Source: Phoronis australis (lineage: Eukaryota > Animalia > Phoronida). Taken from it: DNA of 64,000 bases. The notes under the pieces were generated by a model that made no database searches, had not been told where the DNA came from, and worked only from the letters and a program-made list of their open reading frames with translations. Position numbers and translations under genes: made by a program. The stretch is from NCBI GenBank assembly GCA_002633005.1, contig NMRA01000223.1, forward strand, positions 376,976 through 440,975, read 5' to 3'. Below are positions 14,052 to 25,960 of this stretch, in pieces; position 1 is the stretch's first letter, and each line of letters opens with the position of its first letter.

Positions 14052-14278
14052 CATGCGCGCACCCAGGGGGGGGGGTTCAGTGAAGTGAGCAAACAGGTCC
14101 GCCTCGGAGAAACAAAAAGTCCGAGAAAACAAGACAAAAGTAGAAAAGTCCACTAAAAAGGCGCAGACGCACAGTGAAGTTGGTACCGTTTTTTTAGTCC
14201 TCCCCCTTTTTTGTCAGCAAAAGGTCCACATCACCAGAAATTCGAGCCACCCCATATTAAAGGCTGGGTGCACGCATG
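14052..14278. mobile_element. MITE with TIRs and a probable 5-bp TSD
   Basis: TIRs CATGCGCGCACCCAG / CTGGGTGCACGCATG; flanks TATTG / CATTG. Confidence 0.7.
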
Positions 14279-14470
14279 CATTGTGCTAAATACAATGTCA
14301 AAAAAATCCTTGAACTCAAATAGAAGCAGATACAATAAAAACAATGCCAACAAAACCCTTAATCTCTGGATAAAATGAGATGAAATGAAACATAAAAAAG
14401 TCCAATTTGTTATCAATCACAGTCCAAGTCATGCAGTATCACATCTCAGGATTCCATAGTAACTTTAGCT

Positions 14471-17400
14471 TTACGTTTCCTTGACAACATCACAGCCTCG
14501 GAATTCTATGGCATCGAAATCAATTACAATCTGTTTCATTTTGGGCACGTATTGTCTGAAAGGAAAGAAGTTTACACATTTAAGTGAATTATGAAGATCA
14601 AGACATTTTGGCAATCTCTTCAAAAGTTCCACACAATAATAGGGATGGAAAACGATTGTCGTAAATCAGCCAAAACTTGGTTCAAGCAACAACTTGACAA
14701 CCTGACCTTGCAGGGGTTGAATTACAAGTATTGTTTTTTCTCATCGACATGCACATTTTGAAGTTCAATGTTAACATTAATTGTTGAGCAAAACGTGCAA
14801 GATTGAATACGCTTTGTTACTGAATAATTCAAATATTTTGAACACCTCCACAAGTGCCACACCTCAATACTTTTGTATCAAAAACAACAACACAAGAAAG
14901 ACAGTACATGCATAAACTGTCAAAAGTCATGCAATCACATTTTTTTCTGTTTGTAACAAAGATGACAGATTTGTTGTCACACTTTTCATACCTATTTGAC
15001 AATGAAATTGAAAATCAACTTCAGTATCAAAATAGAACTGTTGTGTCAGGGTGACCAAATTGTCCCCTGCTGACTAGGAATTGCTACCTATGGTTGAAGG
15101 CCAACCCCACCCCAACAGCTAAGCCACTCCTGTTGTCTGACATCAATCACGTTTTACTTTATTAACGAAAAGCATCATCAGATGTTGTCATAACACAAAA
15201 ATGTATTCTGGGCTTGGAATGACCAATGACAAAAAAGAGGAAAAATTTTGAGGTGATGTATCATTCCACAAATAAATAGGCTTGTGTGATAGAAGATATT
15301 CTTGTGTTGTACAACTTTACTGAAATAAACATTTTTGCATGAATAGTCAAAATAATGATAAAAAGAGATGAAAAAAGAGGAAACTGGAAATCAAAAAAGA
15401 AGAAATCGAAACTAAAAAATAGGAAATCCTCTTAAAAGAGGAAAATTCTAAGCCCTGATACATAACAGGACTGACACATCAGTTTTGACGGTTCTGCTCA
15501 GTGTCCAGCCTACCTGTACTTTATGCCGGCCTGGTCCAACATAAATTTGGAGGCCTTAGTGCCAGGCTTATCCTTGTGTTTGTCCGATTTATAAACAACT
15601 TCCTGCAATAACAGTTAATGGTATATGAGTGAAATTCAGAGGCATAAAAATCTACAATGTTCGATAGATGGCCAGTAAAACCCTGCTATAAACTGGATCC
15701 AACAGAAGGATTTCATCAGAATAAGACAGAACTCCATTTATTTGAAAGACTGAGTGTACGAAAACACGTACCGTAGAATTACGTCAGAGCTCAAGTACAA
15801 GACAAAAATGAGACATAATATCATTTCCCCAAACTATTACTCCAAAAATGACAGATAATTATCAAAGCCGCAAAATTCTTATTTTAGAACGGCTTAACCG
15901 CATTTAATTACAAACTTTCTTGTTAATTCCCGTTTCATAGAGAAATTGATTAGTATTAATTATCTGGTCTTTATAATATTTCTTAATATTTTTCATGTCA
16001 TGTGGCGCCATCTATTGTGTAGATTGATTAACAATTTTGCATCTTCTTAGAGGGCGACAGTGTTCTTATTCTCAGTCATGAGGGAAGGCTGCTCTTATGA
16101 ATTTGGCTTCTGGCCAGCTGCCATCACAACGAATTCTGGGACATTTTGTCTGAATGCTTCTGATATATAGTGTAAGTGAAGATCCGACTCTCGCATATCA
16201 GACTTATGTCTTATTAAACCCAGTCTAGTGACGGAGACGGTAAATCTCGCAATAGAAATATGCCAATGGATCATTTAAATTACTTTTAAAAAATGCGCAC
16301 AATACCTTTATTCGAGACTGGATGATGAGTTTCGTGCATTCATTGCACGGAAACAGCGCCACATACAACGTACAGCTCTTCACGTCAGCGGCATTCTTAT
16401 TTAAAATAGCATTCAGCTCTGCATGGCAAACTGAAAACAAGAGGTTTTACTTTCAATAGTTAAAGAAAACAACCTATGTTCAGCTGTTTTCACAAAAAAG
16501 TGACACATCCTCTCTTGTTACGTGATAGGATTTGTAGATGGTGCTGCTATACTGTCATAAAGCTCTCCCCTGAAGAGAACCACTTAGTTATAACTCATAT
16601 TACGGTAAGTTGCCATACTGCAAAAATGAGTATTTCATAAGGCAATACAAGATTATATCAAGTATCAATGTCCCCCTCACTTGTAGTTGTGACACGCAAC
16701 ACTCTCCGCAGTAATATCAGAAAAATTCTGGCGCACACATTCTCAACTTACTTGCTCAAAATTTTATTCGACTTTTTCATCACAATTTTTACAGCTAAGA
16801 TGAAGCAATTAGTCTTCGAATTCCTTTAAGAAAACTAACGGAAGGCTAAACATAAAGAAACATTGTTGGTTCTGAACTGTCTCAGAACTGTGCTCACTGG
16901 CTAAAAAAATGCCACCCGCATCAATTTGAGCCAAGGTATCACGTATTTGTTTTTGGAAAGCTGCACAAATATTAAGCGATAGCAAGTAAGATTTTAAGCA
17001 CCTTGATTTGCCAAACAATGAGGAAAAACACAGATTTAGACTCACTTTTGCTATTTTGGGTGGATTAAATACGTTAACAAAAAAGCAACTAAAAATACTG
17101 TACCACCAAATTGATTTTCAAAAAAGAGAGACCACGACCAACTGTGCATTTTGGCATAAACTTCAATCAACGAGAAAAGCTTCATATATTGTTAGCAACT
17201 TTCACAGCAAGACCACTTCTTATTTACAAGTCCTGCAAATCGACAAGACATACCATAAGGATATTTTGTTTCTAGTGGATTTTCCGATGAACGTCCCCAT
17301 GGTAACACATCATCACTGCAGCCAATTGGCATTCCATTGTAACCAATACCAACTATCTTCTTATCTTCATTGATTATGCAGGCACCAACCTGTTGGGCAG

Positions 17401-18659
17401 AGAATTGCTGAACAACATGAATACCACACCACAAAATTGCGTGTTGTCAAATTAAGTGATTAACAAATTTGTAGTTGGTATGCCCAAGCTAGCTGTTCCC
17501 AAGAATACAAGACAAGTTTTTGTGGATTACTAAACACTGCACTGAATTCACTCCATAAATTTAGCAAAATGTGTGGTTGTCAATGACAAATTCTGGCTTA
17601 CAAACCAATCAGATGTCTTATGCAGTTGACCCTGCTGAACCAGTAAAGTGAATCAAGTGCTGTAGTGGCATCCAAAACAAGGCTGTTTTCGAAAACATAC
17701 AATTTCCCTCTGAAAATTCTCTTCCTGTTCAATTTTCTCTACCAAATTTGCAACATGTTGTTAATTTGTTGGCTAAGTGCATTCAAGTAACGTTGCGAAA
17801 TTATTGGATAACAGGAAAACGATAACAATAGCTATCTCTAGCTTTTTAGCCTCAGGTCATAAACCCTTCTGTCAAGAGATCAACTTTTGACTTCGTACCG
17901 CTATAAAATTAGATTCAATTTGTTTCGTACCGAGAAAAGGAATGGATTATGGGTCTGGAAAGAGTCGGACAATTGACCTATCGCAAGCTCCGCCCCTTTG
18001 GGAAAAGTCGACAAACAAACAATAAGTTTTACCCGGCAACATGTTGTTTGTCGGGTAAAATGACGTCTTGGATATGAAGGTGTGTTAAGAATGCTGTGTT
18101 CTGATTGGTCAGTAAAGCCGTCACTCAAAATCCTGACAATAGATCAATTGTCAGTGCTTTAGATCATGCTAGGTTTGTCAGCTGGAGCGAAATGTCAGTT
18201 CTTTACAAGCCTAGAAATCACCTCTAAGCTAGGAAGCAAGCTTAAACTGGTAGAATTTAGCCGTGTTGCAGCTTAAAGCATTGGCGGAGCCTCACTTTTG
18301 TCGCAGTTGCTGTTGGTACTTAAGAATGAATTTGCAAAAGAATTTCATTTTCTAAAACCATAAATGTGATGTCCAAAATAATGGTTCTGTGTATGTGTTA
18401 CAAACGAGCACCTATCTGGCTACTCAACACCATTTCAAGAAAAGCCAAAGTCATATTTGGATTCTGGCGATCTCTCTAGAAAGGCACCCAGATGTCACGT
18501 CAAATGTGGTTACCTGCAAGACACATTCTCTACAAAAAGCCTTGATGTAGTCATACCTGAGTGCAAGGGTCTTTACTTCTCTGTGCAGATAAGAATGCAA
18601 CAGCCATAAAATAATCCTCCCATTCAAGGTAATCTGTCCTCTTCGAGTTAATGTCAATG
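14471..18659 (-). CDS. DCTD: dCMP deaminase copy A, 5 coding exons: 18557-18659, 17254-17389, 16306-16430, 15514-15602, 14471-14555 (ATG exon not found)
   Basis: All introns are GT-AG with consistent phases. Spliced protein: [181 protein letters not shown] and PCxxC motifs are intact. Confidence 0.95.
15208..15457. mobile_element. hAT-like MITE in a DCTD-A intron (same family as 45405-46183)
   Basis: TIRs CTGGGCTTGGAAT / ATTCTAAGCCCTG. It is absent at the paralogous position in copy B (about 31990). Confidence 0.7.
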
Positions 18660-18944
18660 CTGCAGGTAAAAAAATTGTGTTACTTTCTGTTATCATGAGA
18701 CTGACGGAATCATACATAGGGATGGCAACTTTGTAATTCTCAGCGCAAGCGATTTACTTAATTTGAGTTCACACAAACTATGAACGAAAAATACAAAAAA
18801 TAATTTTGAGTTCGATTTTGAGTACAAAGATGAGGTCCTGACCTTGGAGCCAAAAATCGTAGGAGAAAAAAGTGAAACGGGGACCAGGAGTTACTCACTG
18901 AAAGCTAAGACTGGTATACGAGGTGGGTCGGCTCTGGGAATGTC

Positions 18945-19867
18945 ATTCCACTCCTAAATAAGAGTGCGTTAAAGGTCGTGGTGTGAGATACATTTTCTGA
19001 CATCTCTTCCAATTTAGTCCCATGCGTTCTAAATTGGGTTTATGTCTGGTGAACATGGAGGCCAGTCCATTTTGTTAATGTTTTGCTGTCCCCGATGCTG
19101 AATGACAATATGAGCGTGATGAATCCTTGCATTATCGTCCATGTATACAGCATGTGGGCCCTTGTTATTCACGAAAGGTATCTTGGTAACTGGATTAAGG
19201 ATATTGTCGACATAACATCTGCCAGTCTCGTTTTTCTCCGTGACTGATACCAGCCCAAAGCATGACACTCCTGTCATGAAATGAATGTTTTGATTTCACG
19301 CAGCAAATTGTATTTCTTTTGCCACGTCTTCACCAGACCTGTACTCTGCCATCGTTCTTTTGCAAACAAAAATACGATTAATATCTAAAGAGCACAGAAT
19401 TCCACTGCTGTCTGGCCCAGTGCCAACACTGAGTGTCTGTATCTGTGCCTCTTGTGTTCATCAGACATTGCTGGCACCTTTCTTGATTTGCGCGAAGTGA
19501 AATCAGCACTATGCAGTCTCTTACGGATGGTCTGATCTGAAATTCGTTGACCTCCATCGACATGGAGTTGTGATTGGAGCTCTTTAGCCGTAACAAATCG
19601 TCTTTTGGCTGCAATGATACGAGTTGGTCAATCTGCAAATTGATCAGTAACTTTTGGTCTACCTGCTCTCACACGGTCCTTTACATCACATGGCTCACAA
19701 TCGTAGCTTCCCTCTTAAAGTCTGTGCAACCTCATACAGCATTTTTCCAGCTTCCAACAAACCAAGAGCCTTTCCACATTGAACAAGATTAAATGAGCGA
19801 ACCATTTTGTTGGTCAATAAAAAAGAGTGCGGGTGGCCTGATGCCTTTTGTGGTACATCAGGCGTGC
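18945..19867 (-). mobile_element. Tc1/mariner transposase pseudogene
   Basis: ATG 19805 MVRSFNLVQCGKALGLLEAG; WNSVLFR..DGRVQVW.RR; YMDDNARIH..MDWPPCSPDINPI*NAW. These are Tc1 DD34E-type motifs broken by stops and frameshifts. Confidence 0.9.
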
Positions 19868-20115
19868 NNNNNNNNNNNNNNNNNNNNNNNNNNNNNNNNN
19901 NNNNNNNNNNNNNNNNNNNNNNNNNNNNNNNNNNNNNNNNNNNNNNNNNNNNNNNNNNNNNNNNNNNNNNNNNNNNNNNNNNNNNNNNNNNNNNNNNNNN
20001 NNNNNNNNNNNNNNNNNNNNNNNNNNNNNNNNNNNNNNNNNNNNNNNNNNNNNNNNNNNNNNNNNNNNNNNNNNNNNNNNNNNNNNNNNNNNNNNNNNNN
20101 NNNNNNNNNNNNNNN

Positions 20116-20970
20116 AAAAAATAATAATTATGTACAACGTCATGGGTTGAACCCAAGTCGTTCGCCATACCGTTCGGATCAGAGACAAAGTGTATAGAGT
20201 GAAGAGAATGCAAAGTACATTTAGCGTCGAGAAGGTTCGTAGAGGGATCAAAAGATGTGTTTCCGGAGGCTGCAGCAACAGCAGCCAGGCGGAAAACGTC
20301 TCGGTGTTCCGAAGGACACCAAAGTTGCGCAGAAGTGGCATGACTTCGTGCGCCGAACGAGAGTGTGGGACGTCATCGTGGACCAAGCGATTCGGGTCCG
20401 GGGCCACTCTGTGTTCTGCCCACTTTGAGGACTCGTGTTTCGACTCCAGTCACAGGAGACCTTACGATGAAGGCCTGGTTCAATAAAGGACAATATTTAT
20501 CATTCAGAAACATCAGCTCTTAATTCAGAATCGTCTGTTGGATGACTGGGTTGACTCACCGAGCCCGAGGCCGCTTCTCTCGCGGGAGGATCCAGTTCAT
20601 AAGGCTCAAAGTAGAAAAGTACGCAGCCGGAAGCACATTAAACTTGTTCTCGCTTTCGTGCAACCCCATTTCCTCATCCTGGCCACCATCCCCATACGTT
20701 TCTTCATAGTATTCATTCAATTCTTGCTCTTAATCGTCGTCACTTTCAAATTCCCTGGTCTCCGCCATTGTTCAATGCTAGTCACTGAACTTGTGTTCAA
20801 CCCATGACGTCACATGGCGGGAAATGTGAAAATTGACAAAATTGAAAGAAAAATCAAAATTTTGAGTTAATTACACAAAATAAACATGGGTTTAGCTAAA
20901 TTTTACGTCATACATTTAGTCTGTGGCCACCGGTAATTCAAAATGTGCAAAAATCCATGGTGTGTACTGT
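20116..20970. mobile_element. Non-autonomous THAP-bearing DNA transposon, Kolobok-like; left end lost in the gap
   Basis: Plus-strand THAP relic (RCVSGGCSN..KWHDFVRR..LCSAHFEDSCF). A convergent minus-strand acidic ORF relic reads MAETREFESDD..FEPYELDPP..DVSEW. Internal IR ACGTCATGGGTTGAAC / GTTCAACCCATGACGT; TTAA at 20971-20974. Confidence 0.7.
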
Positions 20971-20999
20971 TTAATAAGGAGCTTTACAGGGGTTCCAAA

Positions 21000-23100
21000 T
21001 TTTATTTGAGAAAACTCGATTGCCAAAAAAGCAATTTTTGGTGTTTGAAACTAACACTTTAGATTTCTAACAATTTAGACAGTTTTCAACGTAAGCAGTC
21101 AAAACTTCCACTATTCTATCAGTAAATGATTGTTCTTCATTGTGATAGCCAATTTTTTAGCAGAATTATTTTGGATTATGGAAAATATTTGAATAATTAA
21201 ATGAATGTGCAATACTTTTTTGAGTAGCATATTTTAAAAAACTTAATTGTACATTCAGGGTAGAAAGCAGAATTTTTCAGGGAATATTTTGATATAAATA
21301 TTATTCAAAAAAATTCAGTAACGCCCATTTAGCAGCTGAAAGTTTGACCCCGGGCCTACTTATAGTAGGGCCAACGAAAAAGTCACAACAATTTTCTGGT
21401 GAGTAAAAAGTGTGTTAAGTGTTCGCATGACTTCATTTTTTAAAAATATCCATTAATTATGCCCCCCCCCCATTCGCTGTAATGGTTATCAATAGAAAGA
21501 AGAAAGAATATTTTGCTGGCGTACTTTTCATCACATGCTAATAGATATGAGCTTGTGAAAACCACGAAAAATGGCAACATTTCGCTCTTGCTGAATTTTG
21601 GCCATATTGGTTTGCTCACCCCTAACTCTGGATAGCCAGCTAGCTAGCTGTATGAAGACTATCGTCAAAACATATTTAGTTTAATACAGCTTAGCACCAA
21701 GGCTAAACTCTTCCTCTGGCTCTGGTCTGGAGCAGTGGAGTGCCATGTCATGCGAGTGCACGAAATGTTTGGTCATGTCAATGATCAAATTGAACAGCTG
21801 CTTTAAACACTATCAATCAAGAGTGAAGTATTTACATTTTGCTTTTATAGTCTCCATTCTCCAAAACAACTTGATCGCCCATAGTCGCGAAATAAAACAC
21901 AACTCAAAATCTTCTTTCCCAAACTATCAAATGGCGGATGTCGATATTTGTCGCGGGAGTCCCCTCGCGCGTAATTACGTCATTAACTCCAAGCATGACA
22001 CCTACCGTCGAATAAGACATGAAGAGATTTTCCGATTCGGCATGACTCACCTATGTTGTAGAGAAATTGTAGTAAAACTGACCTGTTAGCGATGAGGGAG
22101 TCAGAAAATGGCAATAAAACATATGGAAATTTTCAGATATACATCTATACAGTAACGGGGAATTGTTAGTTGTCGTCTTGTTTTTTTTTCTAGAGTCAAG
22201 ATCCGTAATCACCCACCAAACCCGGCGTTCACACCTTGAATAATACGCTTCCAAGGAAGTCAAGCATGTCTAAAGATATGCGGCAATTTTCACCGCTCGT
22301 CCTTCTGGGCGGCTTGTACTAGGATCAAAGACAAAGAGAGTGCGGCGCCGGAATCAGGTACAGTTATGATGACCGCATTGCCCGATGCGAGCAAGAACCA
22401 CTGAATTAAATGCAATTATCCGACCATAAACTGCATTAAACATCTCTGACTTTACATAATGGCTAATTTTCAAAATGCATTTAACTTTTGTTACAAACGA
22501 ACACCACGGCGGTATTCAGCTGGAAAAAAAACAACCAAGTACGGTTTTGGATTTTTAAAAATCAATGAACTAATAATCTAAAAACTATAATCATTGGGTG
22601 CGATTGAAGATAAACTACCGCGCGTACTGATATACTCTGATCAGAGTTAACAATATCACATGGATTCATTTTTTAATATTCTTTCAATCTCGTTTATCCA
22701 GATGTTTGACCAGGAAACAGTTGTTGTGCCCACTCATTTTTATTACTGACAAAGAGCTAGAATAGTTATATAGTCAGTGCCACCGAAATTGTCCAGAGAT
22801 TCCAAATATTCAGTTTGGTTGTCTCCATATTTGCACTTTTACATATATTTTGTGATTTGAGTTCTAATAAAGATTAAACTTTAATGACACGTGAAATGTT
22901 TAGTGTACCAGTAATGTGGTAAGTTTAGGGATGGGCTCACAATGAACTTAACTAATTAAGTTTAGATGGCAATCAAAATCTACCACTGTTTTAGTGCTTC
23001 AACTTCAAAACTTAGATAAAAAATTATCAACCAGTTCCCGGTAAGAAAAAAAAGTGGGCAGAAGCATTAAAATTAAATAAAGAACATCAATATGAAACTT
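21000..23100. repeat. Unclassified interspersed repeat; related copy at about 62990-64000
   Basis: 21715-22040 aligns to 63005-63310, and CAGTGCCACC recurs at about 22775 and at the window end. Boundaries are approximate. Confidence 0.5.
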
Positions 23101-24300
23101 ATCGTTCCTTTGAGAAGTGGCCCTTTGTGAAGATAAACACAAGTTAACTTTTTTAGTCATTTTGTAATATTTATAATGTACCAAGTTACATATACTCTCC
23201 AGAGTTGCAGGCTACAACTCTGCAAATGTCAGAGAAAACCGAAATGGGGGTACTAAAAACAACTATTGTTGAGAAAGTAATGCCAGCAATTACCTTTCCA
23301 CTTCATTAGTTCAGATCTACGTCAATACAAAGGGCGTGCTGAATAGGCATCGTAAAAGTTGTCTGGGGCTTAGGGAATCAGAGCGGTCACCAGTGCAAGC
23401 CGGCGCGAAATTCTCCACCGGCTATCCGTGAACCTCGAAGATCATGGTCACACAGACGCAATGATGCACTTTCAGGAAACATTTAACAATGCAACTATCC
23501 CTCATGTTCAGATGTAAGATGTTTCGTTATTTATCTAGTGTTTTTCTTAGTTTTTGTCAATCATCCTCAAAACGGCTAGAAATTTCACTGAGCAGTACGG
23601 AAGTGTCCAAGGCGGCAGCCCGGGTCTTTGTGTTTTGTCTCAGGAGGGACTCGTAGGCCTGTGGATTGTGCAAAATCAATTTACAAGATGTACCACATAT
23701 TTTTGCTTGGCCCGGCATCGAGTGCAGTACGTACATGAGCGAAGGAGTATGGATTGAGTTGGCCTTATAGCCTCCATGAATTCACAGTCCGACTCGTTTC
23801 AGGTGTCTGACGACAGGCCAGCCGACATTTGAATATCATGACATATATGGAGTTGTTACTGGCTTGAAATTCACGGTAAGTGGGTTTAAATCTATTTCTT
23901 GATGTAAGCATTCAGCGCCGCTGAGAATAAAATTACTACGCGCAGGGGTGCCGAAATCACCATCTATCATGACACGCTAGTATGAAAACACTGTGAACAA
24001 TATCAGTAGCCTGGCAGCTTTTGGAAACACTATACTAGACTATACTAGCTTTTAACTAACCGGGGCTTCAAAATACACTGTTTAATTCAATAAAAGCACT
24101 TACAATATTTAAAAGTTTCTGTACCGCCACCGCTGATCAGCCAGCTGTTTGATGATCAATTTAAAAAGTATACGTAATATAATCAACGTCAAGCCGTAGC
24201 TCAATAAAGGAATTATCAATCGAACTTTTTATGTTCTATATATAAGTATTCAAAGTGTACTTTGTGACGATGCAATCAAATCCGATTTGACGCCTTGTTG

Positions 24301-25960
24301 TTGGAAAGGTTTTTTTCAAAAAAATTATAACACATACACCAGATGTAGGTTCTAAATATCCAGTTATGAAATCCCAACACTAAGGGTACATTACATAGAT
24401 GTGACACTCGTTAAAAAGCAAGATCATACAAAATAATGAGAATGAAGAGACAGCTGTTTCTAGGATGTGTCGAGGCTTTCTCGCATACAGTGCCAAAATG
24501 AACACCGCTGAAGTAACTCGGGCCTGGCTGGAATGCTAACTATCGGATGGAATTCAGTTTCTGCAGTGACGGATCAAAGAGGGGGATCAACATGCTGCCT
24601 CGGGGAATCGGTCGAAGCGCGATTGTATGCACAGACGGGTCCTAGGATGTGACATTTCGATCCTCTTCGCAAAACCTGTCGGTGGACTAAAAAATAAAAA
24701 AACGAAACACGATTCTCCCGCAATCTGGGTTGTCTTGAGTCCCCCTCATCCTCTAACGCTCTTACTTATTGGCCTCAATATTTCCTCACGCTACGCATTG
24801 TTGCTGTTTCATTTTGCTTGTTGCAGCCATGCACTGGGGGACCCCCCCTAAATCCGCCTGTGTTGTGAATGAGTCGATTGTTGCCACATGCCAGTGTCTT
24901 GGAACACATCACAGTTCTATATGTATAACGCAAGAATAAATAAGAGAAAGAGTATACAAACTGTTTACATTTATTAGTACATAGATATCTCAATATCGTA
25001 TAACACACAGTCTAGGCCAAACCAAACCCAATGGACCGGCCCATGACAATAACAAGAAGCCAAAACATTCTGCTAAAACACCACAGAGTCCAGCGATAAA
25101 TTGAATATTTAAACGGAAATGGAAAGGGCCTTTTGGTAACATAAACATAACATAAATTGAAATAGCATTGGCTTCAACATTCAGTTGGGAATAGAAAATA
25201 ACACATACGGTTGAATTAAAACCCAAAATTGAACAGTATCACATCGTAATTAAGTTTCTATAATAAAACTGAAAAAGCATGTATTTTTGAATCAATCAAT
25301 CAGTTTATTTCTGTAATAAAGGCCAAAGGTCCACTGTACAAAAGACCAACATGTAACATACTTAAGAGTGCAGCAAGCTATCAAGAAGACAAAAAGCATT
25401 TAATTTATTACATAAATGTTTTCATAAGTTAACTAATTTAGCAACATCACTTGATGAGATTAATCTATTGAACTTGAAAAAGACGGAAAATTCCAGTAGT
25501 ACACTTTAATTTTCTTTCAGTTCAGAATATTATCACAACTTAGAAGGAAATGATACTCGGCACCACCAAATTGTGACAGAAGGCAGACGCTATTGAATTG
25601 CCCTATCCAAATTCAAGAGCCTGCGTACTTCAATCATGAGACTGTGACTAGAACAACGAAAACGTGCCTTGGACGTAATTTGTGCATGGGGTACACTCAA
25701 ACTTAAAAAAAATTTCCAATTTGAATTCCTTTTTAAATTGATTATAAAACACAATTTAAGATTACTCTAAACACTTTGTCTCCACCCTTGAAAATAACAA
25801 TCCGTTATTCGCTGTCTAAAAATTAACAGAAACAGTATTTTCACACGCAATGCCTTCATTTAACCAAACTTCTTGGAATCCATAATTTGACAATAAAAGT
25901 CTAACTAATGTGACATTTCATAGATATTCAACCGATTCAAAGCTGCATTTTGCTCAGTTT
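24301..25960 (-). mobile_element. Diverged third copy of the LINE-relic block (paralogous to 6824-8150)
   Basis: Colinear with 6824-8150 and has the same end points (TTGGAAAGGT... and ...TTCAAAGCTGCATT). Interrupted by a MITE at 24564-24862. Confidence 0.8.
24564..24862. mobile_element. MITE of the CAGTGGCGGATC family
   Basis: Ends CAGTGACGGATC ... AATCCGCCTGTG; flanks TTCTG / TTGTG. Absent from the paralogous site at about 7060. Confidence 0.75.

Noticed and set aside
18451-18717. ORF-track protein MYDSVSL...
   Set aside because: Wrong-frame read-through of the real DCTD-A exon at 18557-18659.
18855-18945. Tc1 tail shared by both DCTD copies, implying insertion before the duplication
   Set aside because: The A/B-shared sequence resembles a different repeat, and its overlap with the Tc1 frame is only a few bases, so it cannot date the insertion.
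19695-20407. Long ORFs containing X runs (also 28676-29446)
   Set aside because: Artefacts of reading through assembly gaps.
21700-22050. Segment shared with 63005-63310 as the paralogous first exons of DCTD-A and DCTD-B
   Set aside because: No ATG-initiated frame reaches a phase-2 donor, and the similarity looks like an interspersed repeat.
23294-23350. Minus-strand GAAAG|gtaatt donor as the DCTD-A ATG exon
   Set aside because: The frame needed for a phase-2 join has a stop just upstream and no ATG.
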